A model generated the notes under the pieces. It was not told the origin of the DNA, ran no database searches, and worked only from the letters and a program-made list of their open reading frames with translations. From Deltaproteobacteria bacterium (GTDB lineage: Bacteria > Desulfobacterota > Syntrophia > Syntrophales > UBA2210): a stretch of 60,685 nucleotides of DNA. Where the stretch lies: NCBI GenBank assembly GCA_019313695.1, contig JAFDAS010000004.1, forward strand, positions 1 to 60,685, read 5' to 3'. Positions 27,500 through 36,772 of the stretch are shown piece by piece (position 1 is the stretch's first letter; each line of letters begins with the position of its first letter). Made by a program: the position numbers and the translations under genes.

Positions 27500-27936
27500 T
27501 CAACAGAATTCTTTAGCCCGCCTTATCTCCTCTTTTACGGGGTCACTGGTTTTATCAATAAATCCTTTTAAAGCAGTTAGCGCTTCTGGCACGCCGATAT
27601 TACGATGGCCCACACCGTCATTCCGCGAACACGCTCGTCCGGATTGTCTTCGAACGCACGAACGAGATCTGCAATATATTTTTCGTCGCGGCTGTTTCCC
27701 ATCACCCTCGCCACGTTCATCTTCCACCGCCATATGTCTTGATAAGACATATGGAACATATGGGGCCATATTTTAGTTTCAAAGTATTCCCTGTCCATGT
27801 GCAGCAGGTGTGATAGCTCAAAACGATTCTCCTTCGCGGCAACTTTCTCATTTATTGGAAGCTCCTGGGCGAGCCAGGGCTGATTTCGCGGGCAGACATT
27901 CTGGCATATGTCACATCCATATACAAACATACCCAT
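27500..27936 (-). pseudogene. epoxyqueuosine reductase (QueG)-like remnant: 5'-truncated and frameshifted
   Basis: Only the C-terminal third is present (YGCDICQNVCPRNQPW...DERVRGMTVWA). The HEAT-like tail continues in another frame (GVPEALTALKGFIDKTSDPVKEEIRRAKEF, ORF 27500..27769). AT-rich non-coding DNA replaces the N-terminal two thirds. Confidence 0.65.
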
Positions 27937-28198
27937 GGGCTACCTTAATTTACAATTACCGGCACCTTTTTTTTTGCATTATTGGATTTTCCCGCATATA
28001 GTACCAAAATTCCGTCTATTGCTCTATAATAAAGACAAATAGAAATATGAATGCATCAATTGCGTAACTTACAAAAAATACTACTTAATTTAATTATGAT
28101 CGTCAAGAATAAATTTAAGCCAAATCCAAACATACGTCTAAACAGGGAGTCTGTGTAAGCAGATACTTTCAATTATCATTTTCAGGAGGGAACCCGCC

Positions 28199-29569
28199 AT
28201 GCAGAAGTCACGTATTAACAGAGAGCAGGGAGACATTAACACCACACCCGGCAGGGAAAAATACTGGGAGAGAAATCTATCAGTACAGGCCGGGAAGTGG
28301 TTTGAAGAAGATAGCCGGTATTTCCTCCATCAGAATCTTTCCACGCCTGTCCTGAATGTGTTGGCCAGGGCCCACGGCGTTTACATAGAAGATCTGGACG
28401 GGAAAAGATACATCGATATGCATGGCAACGGTGTCCATAACGCGGGGTTTAACAACCCTGAGATTGTCGCCGCCGTCAGAAAACAACTGGACGCCGAGAT
28501 GACTTTCTGTCCCAGGAGATATACGAACATACCGGCGATATCTCTGGCAAGGAAGCTTTCGGAGATTACTCCCGGAGACCTCTCCAGGTCTCTGTTCTGC
28601 CCGGGGGGCTCCGAAGCGATAGAGATGGCGCTGATGCTCGCGAAGCAGTTAACGGGAAGATTCAAGACAATCTCCTTCTGGGATTCTTTTCACGGAGCCG
28701 GATTCGGCGCGGCAAGTGTCGGTGGTGAAGAACATTTTCACGGCGGTCTCGGCCCGATGGTCCCGGGCGGCTTTCATGTCGAATTTCCCAATTATTACCG
28801 GAACCCATGGGGATTTACCGATAAATCAGATGTGGACGCAGAGTGCCTCCGTCAGATCGAACTTGTGCTACAACGTGAACCGGAGATGGCGGCGGTCATT
28901 GGTGAGCCGATTTCCGCGAAACCGGTGGTGCCTGACAGGGGGTTCTGGGAAGGCGTGAAAGGTCTGTGCGATGAATACGGCGCCCTGCTTATCTTCGACG
29001 AAATAATAGAGGGTTTCGGCAGGACGGGCAAGATGTTCGCCTGTGAGCATTACCTCACCCCGGACATACTCGTGCTGGGAAAGTCTATGGGTGGCGGTCT
29101 GCTCCCCTTTGCGGGAATTATCGCCAAAGAAGAACACAACACACTGCGGCACCGTTCCATAGGCCATTACACACATGAAAAGAACGCCCTCTGCTGCGCG
29201 GCCGCTCTCGCGGAAATCGAGTATATAGAAAACAACAATCTATGCCGGCACGCGGCGGAACTTGGGACCTACACTCTTGAGCGACTGCGGGAGATGAAGG
29301 AAAGGCACCCTCTTATCGGAGACGTGAAGGGAATGGGGCTTCATATAGGGATCGACCTCGTTACCGACAGAAAAACCAGACAAAGGGCCGTCGATGAAGC
29401 GGAAATCATCATGTTCAAATGCCTCGAAAAGGGCCTGTCCTTCAAGACGATAGAGGGAAACATCATAACGTTGAGGCCGGCCCTTGTCATAACAAGGGAA
29501 GAGATGGATAAGGCGCTGGATATCCTTGATGAAACAATAGGTGAAGTGGAAAAAGGAGCGACGTTTTAA
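28199..29569 (+). CDS. class III (omega-type) PLP aminotransferase family protein, paralogue 2
   Basis: 456 aa and colinear with 5544..6905, including the N-terminal GDIN.TPGR.K and EDSRYFL motifs. GGAGGG RBS. Confidence 0.85.
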   Translation: MQKSRINREQGDINTTPGREKYWERNLSVQAGKWFEEDSRYFLHQNLSTPVLNVLARAHGVYIEDLDGKRYIDMHGNGVHNAGFNNPEIVAAVRKQLDAEMTFCPRRYTNIPAISLARKLSEITPGDLSRSLFCPGGSEAIEMALMLAKQLTGRFKTISFWDSFHGAGFGAASVGGEEHFHGGLGPMVPGGFHVEFPNYYRNPWGFTDKSDVDAECLRQIELVLQREPEMAAVIGEPISAKPVVPDRGFWEGVKGLCDEYGALLIFDEIIEGFGRTGKMFACEHYLTPDILVLGKSMGGGLLPFAGIIAKEEHNTLRHRSIGHYTHEKNALCCAAALAEIEYIENNNLCRHAAELGTYTLERLREMKERHPLIGDVKGMGLHIGIDLVTDRKTRQRAVDEAEIIMFKCLEKGLSFKTIEGNIITLRPALVITREEMDKALDILDETIGEVEKGATF

Positions 29570-29828
29570 TACCGGTTTCTGCGTGTAATCATTATCCCCG
29601 GAAGGCCATATGCCAGTCCCGCCGCCACGCTTTGCGAGTAATGTTTCCCCTGACAACAAATACCCCCAGATCATAATCTAAAGTCATTATAACGCATATA
29701 ATTAGTCCTTTGACTTATCCAATATAATATTTGAAGATATTTGAAATCGCCTAAACGATGGAAAAACCTTCGCATTCGAGAACTGAAATCATGTCTTCTG
29801 ATAAAAACAAAAAGAAAAGGGGCAAATT

Positions 29829-30992
29829 ATGAGAGTCTTGTGTCTTGGCGGCGCGGGGAAGATATGCGGTGAAGCGGTTCGTGACCTTGTGGAATTCTCC
29901 GAGTTTGAAAAAATTACCATAGGTGATTACAATGAAGAGGCCGGCCGTGCTCTCGTAGAAGAGCTTAACGGCAGCCGGGTAGATTTCGTAAGGGTGAATG
30001 TCCTCGAAAAGGAGGAAACCATCAAGACCCTTCAAGAGTATGACATCGTTATGGACGGAACAACCATAAAACTCAATGACCGCACGACGGAGTGCATAGC
30101 TCTGGCGGGCTGCAGCGGGATCAATCTGAACGGTTTCGGTGAAGAATACAAGTATGATGACATATTCAGAAAGCATGGAAAGATACATGTTCCGGGATTC
30201 GGCATGACACCCGGGACCACCGACATGATGGTTAAATACGCCGCCGACAGACTCGATACCGTTGAAATCGTCCGTGTAAGTCACGGGGCATTCCGGCCCA
30301 TCGCCTTTTCTCCCTCTATCACTGAAACGACGACCTATGAATATGATCCGGATCTTCCGGGCAGGGTGGTCTTTGAAGACGGAAAGTTTATACAGGTACC
30401 CCCATTCGCGAGAGAGCGAGAGATTGAACTGCCCGAACCCTACGGGACTCAGCCACAGTGGATAATTCCCCACTCGGAGACGAAAACAGCTTACGAATAT
30501 CTCAAAGACAAGGGGATAAAGCTTATAGAGGTTCGCGGCACCTGGCCCCCCAGGAATATGGCGCTCGTAAAGACCCTTTATGAGTGGGGGTTTATGAGGA
30601 ACGACAGGATAAAGGTGGGTGACGATACTGAAGTCGGCATCATGGACGCCATCGGAAGCTATCTTCAGCAGGCTCCCGAAGGACAGTCCACCGATCTGTA
30701 CGGATATGCCCTGCACATTGAGGTTGTCGGAACGAAAGCGGGGAGGAAATACCGGCATATCCTGACTCATACGCACCCTTCATCGGACGGCTCCGTTGAG
30801 GGATGGGAAAAACTCAGAGCCTATACCAGATGCGTGGGCATTCCCATGTCTATCGGAGTCCAGCTGATCGCGCTCGGCAGGGCTCACGGCACGGGCGCGG
30901 TAATGCCCGAATTCGCCTTTGATCCGGAGGATGTCTTCTCCGAACTGGAAAAACGTCAGATATATATCCATGAGGTGATCAACGAGTTGTAG
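29829..30992 (+). CDS. saccharopine dehydrogenase-like NAD(P)-binding oxidoreductase
   Basis: MRVLCLGGAGKICGEAVRDL Rossmann N-terminus and ~387 aa, typical of the saccharopine/carboxynorspermidine dehydrogenase family. Confidence 0.7.
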   Translation: MRVLCLGGAGKICGEAVRDLVEFSEFEKITIGDYNEEAGRALVEELNGSRVDFVRVNVLEKEETIKTLQEYDIVMDGTTIKLNDRTTECIALAGCSGINLNGFGEEYKYDDIFRKHGKIHVPGFGMTPGTTDMMVKYAADRLDTVEIVRVSHGAFRPIAFSPSITETTTYEYDPDLPGRVVFEDGKFIQVPPFAREREIELPEPYGTQPQWIIPHSETKTAYEYLKDKGIKLIEVRGTWPPRNMALVKTLYEWGFMRNDRIKVGDDTEVGIMDAIGSYLQQAPEGQSTDLYGYALHIEVVGTKAGRKYRHILTHTHPSSDGSVEGWEKLRAYTRCVGIPMSIGVQLIALGRAHGTGAVMPEFAFDPEDVFSELEKRQIYIHEVINEL

Positions 30993-31067
30993 GGATGGAT
31001 TAAGGGGTGCAATATGCTTGTATAAGTTCCTCTTGGAGCGCCCCTGATAACCTCATGTTATCTATAT

Positions 31068-31092
31068 CATAATAATTATTATTTTGACTTAT
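31068..31092 (+). promoter_or_regulatory. 25-nt shared leader box, copy 3 (CATAATAATTATTATTTTGACTTAT)
   Basis: 22/25 identical to copy 1. It lies 620 nt upstream of the ABC binding-protein gene. Confidence 0.5.
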
Positions 31093-31464
31093 ACTTAAAA
31101 AAATATAATGTAAGAAATTGATTGATTAAGGAATATACTAATATTTTTCTCCTGACATATTAGTCCCTTAAGTGTGAATTTCTTGCAAAAATGGCAAAAG
31201 AATTTGTTGTCATGCCCGCAAAACCTTTTGTATAAAGGTATTGCGGTGTTTTTTAGGAAATTCAACTTTTTAAAATTTCTTGGTTCCGGCTTGTCCGGGT
31301 TAGGGTTTATGCGCAATTAAAAATCATTCCCTTCTTTGCGATATCACGCACTTTGTGGTATTGTTCTACTTGTTGCTCTGCGACAAGCTATAACTGTTGC
31401 GCTATACCCGAAAACCATCGGCAAGTCTTTATTCTATAATGTTGTTGCTTTTTGAAATAACTGA

Positions 31465-31527
31465 AGATCCCCGCAGTTCCGTATAAGCAGGACCTCCACT
31501 TTTGCTCCGATAAGTTGCGGGGGATCT
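31465..31527. repeat. long hairpin in the ABC-operon leader
   Basis: AGATCCCCGCA ... TGCGGGGGATCT arms with one extra G. The ~40-nt interior carries the direct motif CCG(T)ATAAG twice. Confidence 0.55.
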
Positions 31528-31568
31528 CCGACTGTTAAAGAAAATTTTTGAGTTTATGCAATCGCTAA

Positions 31569-31588
31569 CCCCGCCGCAAGTAGCGGGG
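31569..31588. repeat. GC-rich REP-like hairpin
   Basis: CCCCGC-CGCAAGTA-GCGGGG. Confidence 0.5.
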
Positions 31589-31711
31589 AATGCGCTCGCT
31601 ATTCAGTTCAAAGTATTTCTGAATGAAAGGGGGTGAGTTGTCCAATAAAAGGTGTCTTGTTTCAACCACAAACGATGATCACTCAATCAAAAGGACAAAA
31701 GGAGGAATATT

Positions 31712-32713
31712 ATGAAGGCAAAATTATCTTTGGCAGTTCTCGTTATTTTTTCAATCATGGTAGTAGGCGGCAGCGTTTACGCTGCTGATGAAATAACAGC
31801 CTACATGGGCACGTCTCCCGACAACAACATAGCTATCGTGGACTACATCAAGAAAAAAACAGGAATTCACATCAAACAGACTTTTCAGTCATTCGGTGAA
31901 ATCGAAGCCAAGGTAAAGGCCGAAGCCCCCAATTTCAACGCGGATATGTGTCTCGGTGTCGGTTCTCCCCTGACCTTTATGGCAAAGAAGAACAAATGGG
32001 CCGGGCCTTACAAATCTTCCGACTGGCTGGGAATCGGCAAGGTTTTCGTCGATCCCGAGGGATACTGGTATAACATCGGGAATTTCTCTTTTGTTCTCGT
32101 TGGTAATAAGGACGCCCTCGCTAAAAAGGGATACACGCTTCCCACCAGCTGGCAGGAGCTTCTGGATCCCAAGTGGAAGGGTGAGATCGTCATGGCGTCA
32201 CCCCTCAGCTCCGGAACGGCAAACATGATCCGCTTCGCCTTCCTCGCCCTCTATGGCGATGATGGGGGGTGGGATTTCCTTCAGAAACTTGACAAAAACA
32301 TCCATCATTACACCAGAAGCGGCAATGCGCCGACAGACCTCGTCGGACGAGGCGAATTCATGCTGGGCATCACCTCCGATGAAAACGTCAAGAACAGGCT
32401 CGACCAGGGTTATCCGCTTGTCTGGGGTGTCCCACAAGAGGGTATCGGCTATGACGGGACCTTTGCATTTATCTTCAGCACAACGAAGGGGAAGCAATTA
32501 AGTCTCTGCCAGAAGGTAATGGATGCGCTTGGAGACCAGGAACTGAGCGATATTATGGCCGGAATCGGTTACATGTCTCCCCGTCCGGCGGCGAACAAAC
32601 TCTACGGGGCAATGACGCCGAAGTACATCGATCTGGACCTCGGAAAGGCCGCGGAAGAGAGGCCCAAGAATAACGATATCTGGAAATCGAAGTTCAGGGT
32701 CACTTACAAATAA
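31712..32713 (+). CDS. ABC transporter periplasmic binding protein (Fe3+/2-aminoethylphosphonate PhnS-type family)
   Basis: Signal peptide with an SBP_bac_6/8-like pattern. AGGAGG RBS. Followed by a fused two-domain permease and an ATPase. Confidence 0.75.
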   Translation: MKAKLSLAVLVIFSIMVVGGSVYAADEITAYMGTSPDNNIAIVDYIKKKTGIHIKQTFQSFGEIEAKVKAEAPNFNADMCLGVGSPLTFMAKKNKWAGPYKSSDWLGIGKVFVDPEGYWYNIGNFSFVLVGNKDALAKKGYTLPTSWQELLDPKWKGEIVMASPLSSGTANMIRFAFLALYGDDGGWDFLQKLDKNIHHYTRSGNAPTDLVGRGEFMLGITSDENVKNRLDQGYPLVWGVPQEGIGYDGTFAFIFSTTKGKQLSLCQKVMDALGDQELSDIMAGIGYMSPRPAANKLYGAMTPKYIDLDLGKAAEERPKNNDIWKSKFRVTYK

Positions 32714-32767
32714 CAGTTTTTTCAATATCTGCAGTTAAATGGCAACTTTCACAAAAAGGGGAGAAGG

Positions 32768-34459
32768 ATGGCTGCAACGGCAACACTATACCACGCTCAG
32801 CTGACAGGATGGGAACGTATCAAAGAATTTTTCAACGCGAAATTTATCAACATCCTGGCGTTATCTCTATTTCTGCTGCTCGCCGTCTTTCTTCTCTTCC
32901 CCATATTTGCCGTACTGGTGAAAAGCTTTCAAGGCCCTGAGGGTTTTACCCTCGCGCACTACGAGAATTTTTTCACCCATGCGTATTTTTTCCAATCTCT
33001 GTATAATACACTGTTGCTCGGTTTGATAAATACCATTATATGCGTGGGCGTAGGTTTCTGTTTCGCCTACATGACGACGCGCGGCCCCATGGCTCTCCGG
33101 AAACCCCTCAAGATAGTCGCCATGATACCGTTGATCGCGCCTCCATACCTCTTCGCGCTCTCCCTTATTATTCTCTTCGGGCGCGTCGGGTTGATCACCA
33201 AAACTTTCGGTGTTAACTGGGAAATATACGGCTTCGACGGCGTTGTCATAGCCCAGACACTCGCTTTCATACCCCTGGCATTCCTGATGCTGGAAAATAA
33301 TATCAAATCGCTGAATCCGAACCTTGAGGAGAGCGCCTACGACATGGGCGCGACGGAGGGAACCATCATAAGGACTATTACACTCCCCCTGCTCGCTCCC
33401 GGACTGCTCAAGGCCGCTCTCCTGGTTTTTGTCATGACCATTGCCGAGTTCGGTAATGCCGCTGTCCTGGGAGGCAGGGTTCCCTTTCTGGCCCCCGACA
33501 CCTACACAATGATAGTCGGAGAGGCTGATTTCAGCATGGGCAGCGTCCTTTCTGTCATGTTAATCATGCCATGCATCATGATCTTCATAGCCCATAATTA
33601 CCTGCTCAAGGGCAAAAAATTCACTACGATAGAGGGAAAGCCCATCGCCTCCGAACCGAGAAAGATGAGTCCCTTCGTAAAGGTGCCTTTCATTACCGTT
33701 ACCTTTCTCTTCGGATTCACCATATTTATCTGCTTCGCCGTTGTCATACTGGCCGCGTTTGTCAACATTCTGGGTGTCAGAAATGAATTCGTGATGAGGC
33801 ATATAATGGATTTCCGTTCCAACATGGCAATCTGGAACAGCATAAGGGTATCTTTTATCGCCGCGCTCGTTGGCGGCATCATCGGCACTCTTCTCTCCTA
33901 TGTTATTGTACGCGGGAAATTTGTCGGAAGGAATTTAATCGAGATGATATCTCTGTCTGGGTTTGCCCTGCCTGGCACCGTCATTGGAGTGGGCTATCTT
34001 ATAGCCTTCGCGTCACCTCCCATGAAACTGACGGGAGGAATTATGATACTGGCTCTTAACTGTGTGTTTCGTTTCCTTGCCGTCGGCGTCGAAGCGGGAA
34101 TCACCAAGCTTCATCAGATAAATATCGAAATAGAAGAGGCGTCATGGGATATGGGGGCAACCTTCTTCACAACATTCAGGAGGATAGTCCTTCCCATTAT
34201 GTTTCCCGCCTTTATCGCGGGTTTTATCTATACCTTCATGACAGCAATGGTATCTCTCAGCGCGATAGTATTTCTCGTCAGTCCGGGCTACGAACTGGCG
34301 GCGGTGACCATATTCGATGCCGCGGCATACGGAAAAATAGGCCTTGCGTCGGCCACTACACTGAAAATGATAATGGTAGTTATTCTGTGCATGATTGTAC
34401 TTAATCTGTTAACAAAATTCACAAATCTCGATATAGAACGAAAGGGAGGGGCTGCATGA
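32768..34459 (+). CDS. ABC transporter permease, duplicated two-domain type (FbpB/PhnU-like)
   Basis: 563 aa with two BPD_transp_1 modules, each carrying an EESAYDMGAT / EEASWDMGAT EAA-loop. Confidence 0.85.
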   Translation: MAATATLYHAQLTGWERIKEFFNAKFINILALSLFLLLAVFLLFPIFAVLVKSFQGPEGFTLAHYENFFTHAYFFQSLYNTLLLGLINTIICVGVGFCFAYMTTRGPMALRKPLKIVAMIPLIAPPYLFALSLIILFGRVGLITKTFGVNWEIYGFDGVVIAQTLAFIPLAFLMLENNIKSLNPNLEESAYDMGATEGTIIRTITLPLLAPGLLKAALLVFVMTIAEFGNAAVLGGRVPFLAPDTYTMIVGEADFSMGSVLSVMLIMPCIMIFIAHNYLLKGKKFTTIEGKPIASEPRKMSPFVKVPFITVTFLFGFTIFICFAVVILAAFVNILGVRNEFVMRHIMDFRSNMAIWNSIRVSFIAALVGGIIGTLLSYVIVRGKFVGRNLIEMISLSGFALPGTVIGVGYLIAFASPPMKLTGGIMILALNCVFRFLAVGVEAGITKLHQINIEIEEASWDMGATFFTTFRRIVLPIMFPAFIAGFIYTFMTAMVSLSAIVFLVSPGYELAAVTIFDAAAYGKIGLASATTLKMIMVVILCMIVLNLLTKFTNLDIERKGGAA

Positions 34460-34460
34460 T

Positions 34461-35564
34461 ATGGGCACGAATGAGCAACCAACGCTGATCTTAAAGGACA
34501 TCCACAAATCCTTCGGAAAGAACAAGGTACTGAACGGCATTTCCATTGAGGTAAATAAGGGAGAACTGGTAACGTTCGTGGGACCCAGCGGATGCGGAAA
34601 AACCACCCTTCTGCGTATCATCGGTGGATTTACTGAACACGATTCCGGAGAGGTCATACTTGATGGGAGAAGTATCGGTCATCTGCCACCCAATCTGCGT
34701 GATACACGGATCTGTTTCCAGAACTATGCCCTCTTTCCTCATCTGACGGTAGGTGAAAATCTTGCCTACGGACTGAAGGTCAAAAAATGGGACAAGAAAA
34801 AGATCCGGGAACGTGTCGATGAACTCCTGACGCTGGTGCAACTGGAAGGATTCAAGGACAGGATGATCGATAAAATGAGCGGCGGTCAGCAGCAGCGCGT
34901 CGCCTTTGCCCGTGCACTTGCCTTTTCACCCAAGGTGCTCCTTCTCGACGAACCCATATCGAACCTCGACGCGAACCTGCGGGTTCTCATGCGTGATGAA
35001 ATCAGGAGGCTTCAGACGGAACTGTCCATCACAACCGTCTTTGTCACCCACGACCAGTATGAGGCAATGGCCATATCCGACAAGATCGTTGTACTCTCAG
35101 ATGGGTATATACAGCAGGTAGGTTCTCCCATTGAGATATACGATCATCCCGTCAATGAATTCATCGCGAGTTTTGTCGGCTACGTCAATTTCCTCCCAGC
35201 AAAGATCGACAGTATCATCAAGGAAACTGATGCAGCTGTCGTATCAACTGAATACGGGAAGCTTGAGATTGATATTGAGCAGACTGAATTTGCCCCAGGG
35301 ACTGAAGTGTTGCTCGTCATCAGACCGGAAACATTAAAGATCGCACCATCCAACGGAACGGTTACAACACAGAACGTGGTCCAGGGCACACTGAGACGGT
35401 ATATATATTCGGGAGCGCTTGCAAAATGTCACGTGGTCCTGGGGAATGACAAGGAAGTAATCGTGGACATCCAGGATCCCAGGGACCATGTACCTTTGAG
35501 GGAAAACGAGAAGGTGGATGTGACCGTCTCCCGCAATGTCCATGTCTTGAAGAAACGGGCGTAG
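34461..35564 (+). CDS. ABC transporter ATP-binding protein (PotA/FbpC/PhnT-like)
   Basis: Walker A GPSGCGKTT, signature MSGGQQQRV, Walker B LLLDEP, and a C-terminal TOBE-like domain. Confidence 0.9.
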   Translation: MGTNEQPTLILKDIHKSFGKNKVLNGISIEVNKGELVTFVGPSGCGKTTLLRIIGGFTEHDSGEVILDGRSIGHLPPNLRDTRICFQNYALFPHLTVGENLAYGLKVKKWDKKKIRERVDELLTLVQLEGFKDRMIDKMSGGQQQRVAFARALAFSPKVLLLDEPISNLDANLRVLMRDEIRRLQTELSITTVFVTHDQYEAMAISDKIVVLSDGYIQQVGSPIEIYDHPVNEFIASFVGYVNFLPAKIDSIIKETDAAVVSTEYGKLEIDIEQTEFAPGTEVLLVIRPETLKIAPSNGTVTTQNVVQGTLRRYIYSGALAKCHVVLGNDKEVIVDIQDPRDHVPLRENEKVDVTVSRNVHVLKKRA

Positions 35565-36050
35565 GTGTCTGATGACACACAGGCGTATAGGATAAGACAA
35601 GACCCCGCTTTCAATATACACACACATGGAAACGAGGTCTTTATATAGCTATTGATATAACTGTTGCGGCCTTTCGACAATACATGGAACCTGCAACACC
35701 TGAGTGTAAAATCAGTCCCAGATATCGACGAAGGCTTTGATCAGTAACTCTATGATGCTCATCTTCCTGGTCCTCCTTACGGCTAATTTTTTCAAAAGGC
35801 GGGGTTTGCGGATCGCCGCCGTTCACTTTATTCACCGAATGTACTGTATCTAAATTGGTGTCTCAAATCGGAAGATGCGCCTTGTAAACTATTCAAAAAC
35901 GAAAGTCAATAACATGCGTGGTAATATTTGTTATACTCATCATAACGTAACTACCCAGGCATCAAGCATCATTCAGTGTCTTCACTATATGTGGGTAGAG
36001 CAGGCGTTTCGGTTATAGAAACCAGGTAACTCGGCAACAGAGAAAATTCG

Positions 36051-36752
36051 ATGATAAAAGCAATACTGTTTGATTTTGGTCAAACGCTGGTAAACTCATC
36101 CGACGGTTTCCGCAAGGCGGAGAAGGATGCCCAGCTGAGACTTTTTTCTCATCTGGGCCTCCCATCCCGGGATGATTTCCTCTCAACATACCGGGACATC
36201 CGCGGGGAACTTCACTCACAATCGATTTTCTCGCGAAATGTCATGTGGCGGAATGTGTCGGTTCATTTCGGACTCAAACCCAGCGATGAACTTTACATGG
36301 AATGGGAAAGGGAGTACTGGAAGACAGTGATCGACAACACCGCCATGTTCCCGGAAGTCATACATGTATTGAAGGCGCTTTCTTCCCGGTATCGACTGGG
36401 ACTTGTTTCCAATACTCAGGGACAGGGGCAGTCAGCCGGGCATCGCCTGAGTCTCTTTCCCGGCATTGTTAAATTATTCGACGCGATAATAATAGCCGGA
36501 GAAGGAGGTGTCCCGCCAAAGCCCGACCCGGAGCCCTTTCTGCGGTGCCTGACGGAGTTGGATATAGAACCCGGGGAGGCCCTCTTTGTGGGTGATGACT
36601 GGCGTATAGACATATGTGGCGCGAGAGATGCGGGAATCCGGCCAGTATGGCTTCAACACAGGTCAGTGCATCGAGCGTGGCCGGTCGTGGAGGCATCCGT
36701 TCCGATTATTCGTGATCTTAATCCGCTTATCGAACCGGAGACTCTTCTATAA
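36051..36752 (+). CDS. HAD-IA family hydrolase
   Basis: ILFDFGQTLV (motif I), LVSNT (motif II) and FVGDDWRIDICGARDAG (motif IV). Confidence 0.8.
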   Translation: MIKAILFDFGQTLVNSSDGFRKAEKDAQLRLFSHLGLPSRDDFLSTYRDIRGELHSQSIFSRNVMWRNVSVHFGLKPSDELYMEWEREYWKTVIDNTAMFPEVIHVLKALSSRYRLGLVSNTQGQGQSAGHRLSLFPGIVKLFDAIIIAGEGGVPPKPDPEPFLRCLTELDIEPGEALFVGDDWRIDICGARDAGIRPVWLQHRSVHRAWPVVEASVPIIRDLNPLIEPETLL

Positions 36753-36772
36753 CGTTAAAAGGAGAAAATAGT

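Noticed and set aside
29710-29741. Treating every TTGACTTAT as a sigma70 -35 hexamer
   Set aside because: At 29710, 31084, 38795 and 49590 no acceptable -10 hexamer lies 16-18 nt downstream. Only the copies at 43464, 9517 and 15252 fit, so I report it as a motif and not as promoters.
29751-30776. 341-aa ORF on the minus strand
   Set aside because: It is entirely antisense to the well-supported saccharopine-DH-like gene (29829..30992). It has low-complexity, Arg/Gly/Pro-biased composition, no RBS and no recognisable family.
31095-31316. 73-aa minus-strand ORF in the ABC leader
   Set aside because: It lies in AT-rich, low-complexity sequence (Lys/Asn/Phe-rich) with no RBS and points away from any operon. 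It is more likely non-coding leader.
35641-35835. 64-aa minus-strand ORF between the ABC ATPase and HAD genes
   Set aside because: It has no RBS or recognisable domain. It might be a gene remnant, but I cannot support it.
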